Shown here piece by piece: positions 7,940 to 16,487 of a DNA stretch of 20,000 bases (positions within the stretch are counted from its first letter, which is position 1; every line of letters begins with the position of its first letter). The notes under the pieces were generated by a model that did no database searches, was not told the DNA's origin, and saw nothing but the letters and a program-made list of their open reading frames with translations. The stretch lies in the IMG/VR virus record IMGVR_UViG_3300025936_000003; one strand, given 5' to 3'. This stretch comes from an uncultured virus (IMG/VR IMGVR_UViG_3300025936_000003). Taxonomy: Duplodnaviria > Heunggongvirae > Uroviricota > Caudoviricetes. The position numbers and the translations under genes were made by a program.

Positions 7940-8487
7940 GGAGTGAATTGAACCTCTACCAGGCTGACGCGAGCTGCCCAGTGGAACTCCGCAGCTGAGT
8001 AGTTGGTGGCTGTTACCCGGATCCTCAATGAATCATGTCCCGTATCGGCATCCACTTGAGGATCACCGAAGGTGTTAGACTCGTCACCGGCAAGCACAGT
8101 CACAGTCACAGTAGGAGCCTTCGCCTTCGCCGGGTCGAATTTCCCAGCTGTGCTGTAGGAAGGATTGGTGGCATCCCAATTATCAGTGATCTTCACCGTC
8201 CCATCGTTATTGTAGATGGCTCCGGTGATCTTCCAAGCCCCGGCGACTGCCGCTGCGGCTCCTCCTCCACCCGTCCAGCTCAGCAGCAAGATTTCAAACG
8301 CCCAAGCTGTGTCCAGCGGGATGGTCAATCTGGGATCTGACTCATCCTCCATCAGCAATTCAGTTTGGGTGTTGTCTGTCGTGGTAGCTGTCAGAAGACA
8401 CTCAAGGCGAACTGCGCTGATCATCTTGTTGAGCTTCTCCCGAACCGAAAGCCCCTGCTCGTTATTTTCAATTGGTTCAATATTCAT
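7936..8487 (-). CDS. Putative tail fibre / virion accessory protein (183 aa)
   Basis: Start revised to ATG 8487 (ATGA overlap with the upstream stop). N-terminal IENNEQGLSVREKLN and a beta-rich C-terminus ending HWAARVSLVEV; last gene of the tail operon. Confidence 0.6.
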   Translation of the reverse strand: MNIEPIENNEQGLSVREKLNKMISAVRLECLLTATTTDNTQTELLMEDESDPRLTIPLDTAWAFEILLLSWTGGGGAAAAVAGAWKITGAIYNNDGTVKITDNWDATNPSYSTAGKFDPAKAKAPTVTVTVLAGDESNTFGDPQVDADTGHDSLRIRVTATNYSAAEFHWAARVSLVEVQFTP

Positions 8488-8633
8488 GATTGGTCCTTCC
8501 AGTAAAACCGGTCCACCCACTGTCCTCTATCGTCCCACGTTCCTTTTGCGAGAATCCAAAACGGACCGGTCACGAGCGTCGTGCAACCCGCAAACAACGA
8601 CAAGAGAATGATGAATTGGCGACGATTAATCAT
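8484..8633 (-). CDS. 49-aa twin-arginine lipopeptide with Trp-rich motif
   Basis: ATG 8633 overlaps the end of the tail tip gene. MINRRQFIILLSLFAG-C has RRxF and a lipobox. Its TGA overlaps the next ATG. Confidence 0.65.
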   Translation of the reverse strand: MINRRQFIILLSLFAGCTTLVTGPFWILAKGTWDDRGQWVDRFYWKDQS

Positions 8634-11160
8634 ACCAAAATTCACCATCCAACCAGTAACCGTCATCATTCCAAGTGGTGTCCTCAAGAATCCAGAAGAG
8701 ACTGATTTCTTGGATCCAAGGACCCTGCCCGTTGTTGATGCCCGCGACCCGAACGTAGAGTGTGCCCGGCAACACAGGCAGCGCGATCGTCGGCCGGGTC
8801 ACTGTCCCGCGATTCTCCCAGCTTGTCCCGTCCACCGACGTTTGGACAATGTAGCTCTGGGCGCCTAGCGCAGGCGGCCACGTTGCGACAATGTTGGACT
8901 CTGGAACATTCGTCCTGGTGAGGTAAAGAGCTTCAACGACAGGGAGGTCAGGCATCACCGGAGGAACTGAAGGAGTTAAGAGAGGTGGTGCGTCTTCATC
9001 ATCAAACGTGTGAATGATAGGAGCGTCATTCACCAAAGTGATACGAACCCTCTCTCCTCCCTGGGGCTCCATCTTGACCACCTTCCCATACTTCGTGACA
9101 TTCCCTGTTTTGCCGAATAAGAACAGCATCGGCTCTGACGCCCCGCCCAGCAAGAAATCAGGTTCCTCATCCAGCGTGACAACGACTTGCTTTGAGTCAG
9201 GAGTCTGGGTGGCAGTAACAGGACCGATGATATCACCTCTCTTGTCCCTCAAAAGGATCTGGTAGGTGAAGCCATCTTCAAACACGAGTGGTTCAGACAC
9301 GTAGAGGAGGTAATCATCACCCACCTTATCCACTGACACGATGAATCCTGACTGACCCCACTGAGGAAGGTCATGACTGATAGCAACCAAATCTCCATAA
9401 CTAGGCAAGAATCCTTCCATGCCTGTCTCGAAAGTGATGTTCTCCCTCAGATACTTTCGAGACGCGAGCATGTAAAGACCTTCATGGTAGGCGTGATCAC
9501 GATTTTGAATGCCTGGAAAGCGAATATCTTCAGGATTGTCGCTTGTGCCACCCGGCAGTGTGGCTATTACTTGCTCTTGCTTGTAGCCTGTAGCAACCTC
9601 AGTGTATTCAATTGAAACACTGTCATGGTCGGCTGGCTCCCACAATTTGATTTGCCATTCGAAAGACCCCTTGACGATGTTCTCAGGGGTGAACATCGTA
9701 ACGGGCAGCGTCAAGGGACCATCCCTTTTCAAAGTGACAAGGGATCCCACCAGCATCGGCAAACCTCGGCCTACCCGCGCTACCATCCTAGCTGCGTCCC
9801 ACACTGTGAGAGGATCTCTGAAAGTCCAGTCGAAATGCTCACCACGACTCTCGTAAAGGGAGTCGAGGGCCTCAAGAGCATCCCAATCGTAGAAGTTTTC
9901 ATCTACCAGCCGGCCACCATAGTTGGCATTCCTGAATATATCAACAAAAGCCCAGATGATAGACCGAGTGGCAACCGGAGCACTGAATCCACCCGATTCA
10001 CGAATAGGAAGTTTGCGCGTTGCGATGACGTTGAGCTTCCTCTGGGTATTAGAATTCAGGTTGCTGGTGGCTCTAATCTTCACCGCCACCATTGTGAGAT
10101 CTCCGTAATCCGGCTCGTCACCATCTACAAATCCTCTCAGGCCCTCCCAAATGGTCTCGCTTTGGGTTCGTGCATCAATGGTGGCTGTGCTTGTCCTGCG
10201 AGATCTCACCTCATAACGCCCCAAAGCGACATCTACCGAGTAGGTGATTCGTTGGGCCGTTGTGGTAGCCATCGTGATCGAAGGTGAAAAGATAGTAGTC
10301 CATCCTCCCAAAGGAGCCCCGGCATTGTCAATCAGTCTTGCCTGAACCTCGAAAGCGATGGTGACAGTTTCCATCCTCCCTTTATTGCTCTGGTGGTAGA
10401 CACCTCTGGGAAAGATGATGTCAACCTCTATGCGAAAGATTTCAGTTCCTGAACTGTTCGCCGGAAAGGGCCCGATCCATCCATCCGGAAGAGGGTAGTT
10501 TGCTTCACCTGGCTGGTAAAGGATCTGTGACGCAACTTCAACAGAAGTCTGCACGTTGGTGTGGAACAGGGTGGTGCTGTCACCCGGATCAAGAAGCTCC
10601 CAGGTCACTTCTTCATACTCGCTGATCTCCGTATCACCTATGCGAATCTCATCGACCTCATAGGTGCCCTGCCCAACACAATAAAGAGAGAACTGAAACT
10701 GGTCATTGTCCACGTAGCGAAAGAAAGGACGGGCGGCGAAGGACGGGTAGATCCGATTGCGACCGTAATTCACCTCAATAGGCTCACCTAAGCGAATATC
10801 GTTCTGCTGCCCTTTAACTGAGAACACCGGGTCGGACGCCGGCAAGGCTCCAGGAACGGTAGGGGTCAAAACCAACGCAAGCACGATGGCGAGCACGATG
10901 GCGACGATAATGATGATGGCGGCAACCCAGCCTGCTACCACCACAAAATTCACAATGTCGTTTGGCCTGATCTCCCTGTCCCAGTCTCTCCTTAGAACAG
11001 GTTCACCATTCACCAAGCAAATGGTAGGATCCGTGAATTCGATGAAACCTGGATAGGTCGTCTGGAGCCATCCCCTGATTGAGATCCCACCAGGATGGCA
11101 GTGCTTCCTCAGTCCCTCAAACGGCTGAAAAGGATTCTTAGTCTCAATGATGAACGCCAT
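8626..11160 (-). CDS. Tail tip / host-specificity protein (lambda gpI+gpJ-like, TipJ family)
   Basis: About 844 aa. N-terminal gpI-like domain plus hydrophobic helix, then N..RLGEPIEVNYGRNRIYP, CVGQG.Y, GRYEVR.RR, L.SYGDLVAISHD and a C-terminal FN3-like domain. Follows the NlpC gene. Start may be 11160 (ATG) or 11166 (TTG). Confidence 0.9.
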   Translation of the reverse strand: MAFIIETKNPFQPFEGLRKHCHPGGISIRGWLQTTYPGFIEFTDPTICLVNGEPVLRRDWDREIRPNDIVNFVVVAGWVAAIIIIVAIVLAIVLALVLTPTVPGALPASDPVFSVKGQQNDIRLGEPIEVNYGRNRIYPSFAARPFFRYVDNDQFQFSLYCVGQGTYEVDEIRIGDTEISEYEEVTWELLDPGDSTTLFHTNVQTSVEVASQILYQPGEANYPLPDGWIGPFPANSSGTEIFRIEVDIIFPRGVYHQSNKGRMETVTIAFEVQARLIDNAGAPLGGWTTIFSPSITMATTTAQRITYSVDVALGRYEVRSRRTSTATIDARTQSETIWEGLRGFVDGDEPDYGDLTMVAVKIRATSNLNSNTQRKLNVIATRKLPIRESGGFSAPVATRSIIWAFVDIFRNANYGGRLVDENFYDWDALEALDSLYESRGEHFDWTFRDPLTVWDAARMVARVGRGLPMLVGSLVTLKRDGPLTLPVTMFTPENIVKGSFEWQIKLWEPADHDSVSIEYTEVATGYKQEQVIATLPGGTSDNPEDIRFPGIQNRDHAYHEGLYMLASRKYLRENITFETGMEGFLPSYGDLVAISHDLPQWGQSGFIVSVDKVGDDYLLYVSEPLVFEDGFTYQILLRDKRGDIIGPVTATQTPDSKQVVVTLDEEPDFLLGGASEPMLFLFGKTGNVTKYGKVVKMEPQGGERVRITLVNDAPIIHTFDDEDAPPLLTPSVPPVMPDLPVVEALYLTRTNVPESNIVATWPPALGAQSYIVQTSVDGTSWENRGTVTRPTIALPVLPGTLYVRVAGINNGQGPWIQEISLFWILEDTTWNDDGYWLDGEFWYD

Positions 11161-11554
11161 AAACAAAGAATCTTATAGTCTTGAATCCCTTCCAATGCAA
11201 GAACAAAAGAGTCTCGGCGACGACATGGTTGGCGTATTGGTAAGCATGAACGACCTTGCCCCCGTCCGTAGCCGCCCAAACCCCCACGTGATGCAAAGCC
11301 TCTCGCTGGCTCATCGCTACTACACAGCCGTCCACGGGCTTTAGTACCTCCCTCCACAGTCCCTGCGACTGAGCCACGATCTCCCGGCAGATCGCAAGCA
11401 CAGTGTTCTCGGTTACCCCTGGAAGGTCTGGGAGGTGGATCCCCCTTTCTGCTTGGTAGATGAGCTTGACCAATCCGTAGCAGTCCAGCCCACCCGGTTC
11501 CCGACCTCCCAGACAGTAGGGGATTCCAATGTATTTAGCGGCCCAGTGACTCAT
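11144..11554 (-). CDS. NlpC/P60 tail assembly protein (gpK-like)
   Basis: YIGIPY..GGR...GLDCYGLV (catalytic Cys), HHVGVW and VVHA; canonical position before the gpJ-like gene. Confidence 0.92.
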   Translation of the reverse strand: MSHWAAKYIGIPYCLGGREPGGLDCYGLVKLIYQAERGIHLPDLPGVTENTVLAICREIVAQSQGLWREVLKPVDGCVVAMSQREALHHVGVWAATDGGKVVHAYQYANHVVAETLLFLHWKGFKTIRFFVYGVHH

Positions 11555-12054
11555 CCTAATCCTGGGAATCTCGCTCGTGTGTAGAGCTCAGTTGGAAACT
11601 TGCGGTTGACGAGATCAATGAAAGTTGCTCGGCCGGTCACCTGATAAGAGGTGATTTGAATGTCTTTCAAGTAGAGCACTAGAGGAGGATTCATCTGAGG
11701 CTCTTCAAGATTGTCGCTCAGATAAGGTCGATACACCACCTCAACGGGAACCTCCTCAGCCATCGCTGCTTCTACGAACCGGCTCGCAACGCGGTTGATG
11801 TTATCCACCGAAATCGTAAGGCTCCTGAATCCTTCTTCGTTCTCGGGAGGAAGCGAGAATTGAAACCCAGCTGGCTGGAAAGAGCGGAGGACTCCGTTTT
11901 CATCTTTTGCCGAGATTCCTTTGGGAGCCCTGACGATGTAAATAGGATCCTGAACCCCTGTCTGACGAATCTCCAAAGTGTCGTAGACCACCTTGGTGGA
12001 CGGCGCGCTTGCATAGGCTTCTTTGATCGCATCTTGAAGTGAAGGGTTTGGCAT
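11551..12054 (-). CDS. DUF1833 / gpL-like minor tail protein
   Basis: EAYASAP....YDTLEI, LTISVDN, V.YRPYLSDNL..P, NRKFP..LYT...FPGL; canonical position upstream of NlpC. Confidence 0.85.
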   Translation of the reverse strand: MPNPSLQDAIKEAYASAPSTKVVYDTLEIRQTGVQDPIYIVRAPKGISAKDENGVLRSFQPAGFQFSLPPENEEGFRSLTISVDNINRVASRFVEAAMAEEVPVEVVYRPYLSDNLEEPQMNPPLVLYLKDIQITSYQVTGRATFIDLVNRKFPTELYTRARFPGLG

Positions 12055-12058
12055 AGAA

Positions 12059-13036
12059 CTAGCGCCTCAATGTCCTTGTCCTGACGGTGCCGCTGTATCC
12101 TGAAGTTCCAGCCGCGTTCTGCGACAGCGTTCTGTATAAATAACTCGTGTCCCTTTTCAGACCTGTGTCCGCAAGGAAGCCGTCACCTGGCCGCGTTCCA
12201 ACCTGCGCGAATGAACGACCGTCACGTGACCTCTCGATCAACACCGTCCATGCCTGTGAATCCCAACTCACGTCAATCCGAGACGTGCTCACCGGAACCG
12301 CCCGAAGCCCAGACGGCGGCAGCGGCGCGGTCGGTGGCGCATTGGTACCAACCGTGAATAAGGTGAACGTGCTCGCCGTCCAGGTGCCCTGGTTATCTTT
12401 GACGACGATATAGGCCGACCATTGGCCATTCGTCGGCAAGGCCACCCAAGTCCCGTTGATACCTAAAGCAGTGTTCCCTTTGAGTGTCTGCGGCGTGATG
12501 GGAACTAGATCAACATGAGGACCGTCGGCTCTCGTGCCTCCAGGTGGGAGCAGTGTGAGCGCGCCGTCAACCAACATCAAATCGCCCGCGCCGTCATTGC
12601 GGATCACCGCGCCGATGTTCACCGACGATCCCACCGTCACGTTGGTCGTGCTCATAGTCGGTGGAACGAGTGTCAGTATCGGACTTGGTGACGGCACTGG
12701 CGGCGGGACGTTGGTGTAGACATTGCTCTGAAAACTCTCGGCCGTCTGGCCGTTCTTCGTTTCATAGGCCGTGAGTGTGAAAACCATTTCAAGATTGGTG
12801 CTCACCTGCACCGTTGCGTTGGTCTGTGTATTCGGCATTGACACTACCACTCCCCAGGGCCACGGCGGATTGCCCGTCGCGGAGTATAACCTCTGTCCCG
12901 TGACGTTCGTTAACGGGGTTGGGCTTAGGTTCCACACCAGGTTGACCGTTTCGCCCATTGCGTTTGGGTACCAGTTGAACGAACTTACCATACCAAGAAG
13001 CGCCAGCCACAGTGATAAACGGCTCTGTTGCCCCAC
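12059..13036 (-). CDS. Exported FN3/Ig-like repeat protein
   Basis: Hydrophobic segment RLSLWLALLGMVSS followed by ETVNLVWN. Pro-rich linkers, an Ig-like middle domain and a C-terminal FN3 (PSGLRA..VSTSRIDVSW...IERS.DG..F...DTGL...T.Y.YR..SQN.AG.S.YS). Start uncertain: GTG 13036 preferred, ORF extends to 13162. Confidence 0.75.
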   Translation of the reverse strand: MGQQSRLSLWLALLGMVSSFNWYPNAMGETVNLVWNLSPTPLTNVTGQRLYSATGNPPWPWGVVVSMPNTQTNATVQVSTNLEMVFTLTAYETKNGQTAESFQSNVYTNVPPPVPSPSPILTLVPPTMSTTNVTVGSSVNIGAVIRNDGAGDLMLVDGALTLLPPGGTRADGPHVDLVPITPQTLKGNTALGINGTWVALPTNGQWSAYIVVKDNQGTWTASTFTLFTVGTNAPPTAPLPPSGLRAVPVSTSRIDVSWDSQAWTVLIERSRDGRSFAQVGTRPGDGFLADTGLKRDTSYLYRTLSQNAAGTSGYSGTVRTRTLRR

Positions 13037-13178
13037 GCCGTTCTCGAAGCCTGATCCGCTGGCCGGTTTGCTGGTCGAAGAACTGAACGCGCCATCGGAT
13101 TCTCTGATTGTTGATGACATTGGCGTTGAGTGGTGAGGAGCCGTCGAATGGTCGGAATTCATAAAACCCAGGGATCAT
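12789..13178 (-). CDS. Possible hypothetical protein overlapping the FN3 gene (129 aa)
   Basis: Starts 10 nt after the upstream stop and fills an otherwise unexplained gap. The first ~45 codons have protein-like composition with C-ending codons (TTC GAC, ATC AAC, ACC GGC). Confidence 0.45.
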   Translation of the reverse strand: MIPGFYEFRPFDGSSPLNANVINNQRIRWRVQFFDQQTGQRIRLRERRGATEPFITVAGASWYGKFVQLVPKRNGRNGQPGVEPKPNPVNERHGTEVILRDGQSAVALGSGSVNAEYTDQRNGAGEHQS

Positions 13179-13188
13179 TTTTCATAGG

Positions 13189-13326
13189 TTATGTTGCCAG
13201 GTTTCCCAAGCCAAGCCACTCGGCAAACTTTATTGCGGCTGCAACCACGACCGTCATCACCACTGCAATGACCAATATGCCAATGGCTACAGTCGTCCAA
13301 TCCCAATCAGGTTGCTTGTCGTTCAT
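13189..13326 (-). CDS. Small single-pass membrane protein (45 aa)
   Basis: ATGA overlap at 13323-13326. MNDKQPDWDWTTVAIGILVIAVVMTVVVAAAIKFAEWLGLGNLAT. Confidence 0.65.
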   Translation of the reverse strand: MNDKQPDWDWTTVAIGILVIAVVMTVVVAAAIKFAEWLGLGNLAT

Positions 13327-14168
13327 GGTAGCGTCGTCACCCGGACCTTGTGCCAGTTCGTGTAAAGATTGCCGCACTCCGTGGCAGTCAGCTCGCGCGA
13401 GTAAATCAGGAGCGACTCCAAGTTGCCCAGGAAGAATTGTGTCGTCCCACCAAAGGAGCCGATCACGTTGATACCAATGTCGGCCACCAACGCCGTGGCC
13501 GGGTTCCCAATATCCGAGATATTCTGCCGAAATTGGGCCTTGTTCCCCGACGAGTAACGAAAGAATCCGACGCCAGCATTTGTGCCAGAGAAACTGTTCG
13601 GGTTCGACGATGGGAAGGCTGTCCCGTCATACTCGAACCACTGGGCCCCTGGAGTGTCAATCCTGATTCCTCCAGCACCCGCCCCTGTTTTACTAATTAG
13701 ATATTTCGTGCCTGAACCGCCGTTGTAGGACCAGAGCCCAATCACCGTGAAACCGCTGGTTATACTGAGCGTGATCGTGTTGCTGATGCTGAGCGTGTCC
13801 GTAGTCCCATCAAAAACCAAAGCGGGTTTTGCCCCTGCTGCGTTGGTTCTCCAGGTCGGCCTCGCTGTACCTGATGCTGTGGCGACGTTTCCAGACTTCA
13901 GATCGACCCAAGTAGAGACTGGGTCACCGTCGTTCAGGGTTGTGATCGAATCTGCTGTCCAGATATACACCAGTCCTGAGATCGTGTTTGGGTATCCAAT
14001 TGGATCAGACGCCGCTGAGCCACCTAGCTTCATGCGTGGTCCAGGCACGATTGTCGTTGACGCCTGAACCGTTCCGATCCTTTGCGGCAACCAAGTCTCC
14101 GGCACACTGACGATGATTGTGCTGGCCAGAGTGCAAACCGCAAAGAACTTGACGAATGGATTCTTCAT
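13323..14168 (-). CDS. Signal-peptide protein with LamG/concanavalin-A-like lectin domain
   Basis: N-terminal MKNPFVKFFAVCTLASTIIVSV, then W.AD.I....G..V..W.D, P.W, FDGT.D.L and F.G......IYSREL motifs typical of phage LamG-like domains. Confidence 0.75.
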   Translation of the reverse strand: MKNPFVKFFAVCTLASTIIVSVPETWLPQRIGTVQASTTIVPGPRMKLGGSAASDPIGYPNTISGLVYIWTADSITTLNDGDPVSTWVDLKSGNVATASGTARPTWRTNAAGAKPALVFDGTTDTLSISNTITLSITSGFTVIGLWSYNGGSGTKYLISKTGAGAGGIRIDTPGAQWFEYDGTAFPSSNPNSFSGTNAGVGFFRYSSGNKAQFRQNISDIGNPATALVADIGINVIGSFGGTTQFFLGNLESLLIYSRELTATECGNLYTNWHKVRVTTLP

Positions 14169-15646
14169 TGTGTGCTCCCATAACTGATGACGAGGGGTCC
14201 TGAAAAGCTGACGGCTGTGCTGGCATCAGACCCATCCCTGGCCAACCTGATCGTCCACATCTGGCCAGCCGTGACGTTGCTGTTCCAGTTCGTGAGGACA
14301 ACGTTGCTGATAGTTTCCACGTCGCCTGATGCGCCCGAAGCGTCACCGGCAAACGAGAGTGTGACCGAAGTGCTCAATGACGGCGAGTCGTAGGGGTTGC
14401 TGTCCGCATCGCTTTTCATCGTGAGGACGTAGGAGTGCGCCGCCGTGTCCGCTGCGCCAAGGCGAAACTTGAACCGTTCCACCTTAAGGTTAACTCCCGT
14501 ATCTATATCCTCAGGTACCGTCAGGCGATACTCGCAATAGTTGGTTGTGGTGGCTCCAGCCGACGCGAATATGACCTGACCGAAAGTGGCAGCCGTGTTG
14601 GTCGTATTGAAGACAGCTCCCGTGCCCTCGACTGAATGAGGCGAGGGAAAGACGAGGTAGTTCTTGGTCTTGAGCGAGTGACTGCCGCCGTCTGCCGTGG
14701 TCTGAATCGTTCCAAATCTCGCGGCAGCGAGTGTGCCGCTGGATAGATCGCCGGCGCTTCGCGTGTCCAAGTCAGCCAAGCTACTCCCCGTCTTGCTGAC
14801 CTTTGACCAGCCTATCGCCGCGCTGGCGCTGATCTGCGCGTTCGCCAAGTTCGTCGGGTTAACGGTGAGGTTGGTTGTGCCGCTGACCCCCACGACGGCA
14901 GTGCTGGAGTCCTGTAAGTTGGCAATGGGCATCTCCGTTCCATTGGCGCTGAAAACGGTCGCGGCTTTGCCGTTAACCTTGATCGTGTTGCTGACGTTGA
15001 CCACTGAGACGTTCTGGGTGGTGACGTTGATCGTGGTGGCATAAAGGTTCGTGATGAATACATCAGAAAAGTTGGTTGACCACGCCAATACCCCATTTGA
15101 GACGACCAGGACAAACCCCTCGGAGCCCATCGGGAACCTCCGCAAATGGGACCCGTCATAGTAGAACAAATCTCCCGCCGATCCGACGATCGCCCCAAGG
15201 TCTTTGACGAGCGCCGGGAAACGGTTTGTGTCCAGGGTGCCGCTGGTAATCTTTGACGCAGCGAGCGAAGGGATATCCGCTGCCACCAAAGCACGCAAAC
15301 TGGAAGCTCCCGTCATACCATCAGGAGTAGCAAGGACTTGGTTCGCCGACTGCCCGGTGGCAGCCGTGACTGCAAAGGTACCACTTGAGGTGATTGAGCT
15401 CGGCGATACGGACAGCCAAGAAGGAACAGTCATACCTACACTCGTCACCGTCCCAACTCCTCCCGCTGTGCTGTCGACGTATCCCTTGGTGGCAAGGTCG
15501 CCAGACAGAGTAGGTGTTGCTGCGTTGGTGGCTTTGAATCCACCCATGTTCAGATCGCTTTGCAGCTTCCCATTGTTGATGAGAAAGGGAGTCACAGCGG
15601 CGAAAGCCAATAACGGGAAAAGGAATATCAATAGAATCTTTTTCAT
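14165..15646 (-). CDS. Tail-fibre-like protein carrying a classical Sec signal peptide (493 aa)
   Basis: MKKILLIFLFPLLAFA signal peptide; fibre motifs PT.SGDLATKGYVD, GTVTSVG, LVAADIPSLAASKITSGTL and GDLFYYDG...W; beta-rich C-terminal domain. Confidence 0.75.
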   Translation of the reverse strand: MKKILLIFLFPLLAFAAVTPFLINNGKLQSDLNMGGFKATNAATPTLSGDLATKGYVDSTAGGVGTVTSVGMTVPSWLSVSPSSITSSGTFAVTAATGQSANQVLATPDGMTGASSLRALVAADIPSLAASKITSGTLDTNRFPALVKDLGAIVGSAGDLFYYDGSHLRRFPMGSEGFVLVVSNGVLAWSTNFSDVFITNLYATTINVTTQNVSVVNVSNTIKVNGKAATVFSANGTEMPIANLQDSSTAVVGVSGTTNLTVNPTNLANAQISASAAIGWSKVSKTGSSLADLDTRSAGDLSSGTLAAARFGTIQTTADGGSHSLKTKNYLVFPSPHSVEGTGAVFNTTNTAATFGQVIFASAGATTTNYCEYRLTVPEDIDTGVNLKVERFKFRLGAADTAAHSYVLTMKSDADSNPYDSPSLSTSVTLSFAGDASGASGDVETISNVVLTNWNSNVTAGQMWTIRLARDGSDASTAVSFSGPLVISYGSTQ

Positions 15647-16023
15647 ACTAAATAGAGGTGGTAGTGTAGAACATAGTTGGATGAATCCGTCATTCCCGTC
15701 AAGGCAAAATCAAATCCATCTGTGGTTGGGGCACCTACCAAGCAAGCCACAATGACACCCCCGCCCACTGGACTCTGAACCGTCAGCAGAACAGAGATAG
15801 GATCATAGTCGAGGTCAAGTCCAGTGACAGACCCACTGCTGACTCCATTCCCAAGAGCAAGGGTACCATGAACATTGGTCGCCTCATTGACGAAATCGGC
15901 GACGTCCTGCATTGAAAGCTTCACGTCATCCCCTACTTCGTAAGGGGATCGTGTTGCGTAGAGCTCATCGGTAGCCAGCGCCGGCGCTCCCGTATCCATC
16001 TCATGAACGTTTTTACCCGCCAT
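15643..16023 (-). CDS. Small fibre/adaptor-like virion protein (126 aa)
   Basis: GGAG SD and overlap with the upstream gene. Beta-rich C-terminus (GSVTG...P..V.LTV...TTDGFDF...Y.LHY) is reminiscent of H-type-lectin-like fibre tips. Confidence 0.55.
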   Translation of the reverse strand: MAGKNVHEMDTGAPALATDELYATRSPYEVGDDVKLSMQDVADFVNEATNVHGTLALGNGVSSGSVTGLDLDYDPISVLLTVQSPVGGGVIVACLVGAPTTDGFDFALTGMTDSSNYVLHYHLYLV

Positions 16024-16453
16024 AGGTCACTCCTGATTGGAGAGCTGAATCACTTGAGCCTGACAGCAAAATCGGTTCGATGTGACTGCCGGACAAGGCC
16101 AAGAATACGCTCAGGTTGGTTATGATTTGAAGAGATCCGCCCACTGACACCTCGCCATCTGAATGAGAATGGGAATACTTACCTTCCATGAAAGCCACCA
16201 CTTTGTTCTCACCATGAATGGATATGATGAAGGTCTTCGATCCATTCTCAAGAGTCTCCTCGAAGAAGGACTTGAAGGTGGAAAATTGATCTCTGATGAA
16301 ACTCCACTTGACGTCTGTCACCAGAAAAGGATCAATAAAGAATCGACGCCGGCGAACCCTACCACTTTCCATTTCCATCTGCCCGGCCCTGGGAGCCACC
16401 TCTGTCTGTGAACTCACCAGCGGTAATGGCAAGGATGATGGCCAGTTGTCCAT
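16013..16453 (-). CDS. gpM/distal-tail-like protein, copy 2
   Basis: WPSSLPLP...MESGRVRRRR.F...V.W.F..DQF..F..FF...L.NG...F.I, paralogous to the N-terminus of 18753-19826. Confidence 0.8.
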   Translation of the reverse strand: MDNWPSSLPLPLVSSQTEVAPRAGQMEMESGRVRRRRFFIDPFLVTDVKWSFIRDQFSTFKSFFEETLENGSKTFIISIHGENKVVAFMEGKYSHSHSDGEVSVGGSLQIITNLSVFLALSGSHIEPILLSGSSDSALQSGVTYGG

Positions 16454-16459
16454 GAAAGG

Positions 16460-16487
16460 AGACTAACACTTCAAATAAGCTGGACAA
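16460..16487 (-). promoter_or_regulatory. Putative sigma70-like promoter for a leaderless transcript
   Basis: Minus strand reads TTGTCC-16 nt-TAGTCT with a TG extension, then 6 nt, then ATG 16453. No SD is present. Confidence 0.3.

Noticed and set aside
8493..8697. Trp-rich duplicate as a DGR template/variable repeat pair
   Set aside because: Differences are not confined to adenines, DNA identity is low, and no reverse transcriptase is in the window.
8035..10791. Plus-strand ORFs opposite the tail genes (e.g. 8216-8611, 9625-10287)
   Set aside because: Antisense shadows of well-supported minus-strand genes; no motifs or RBS.
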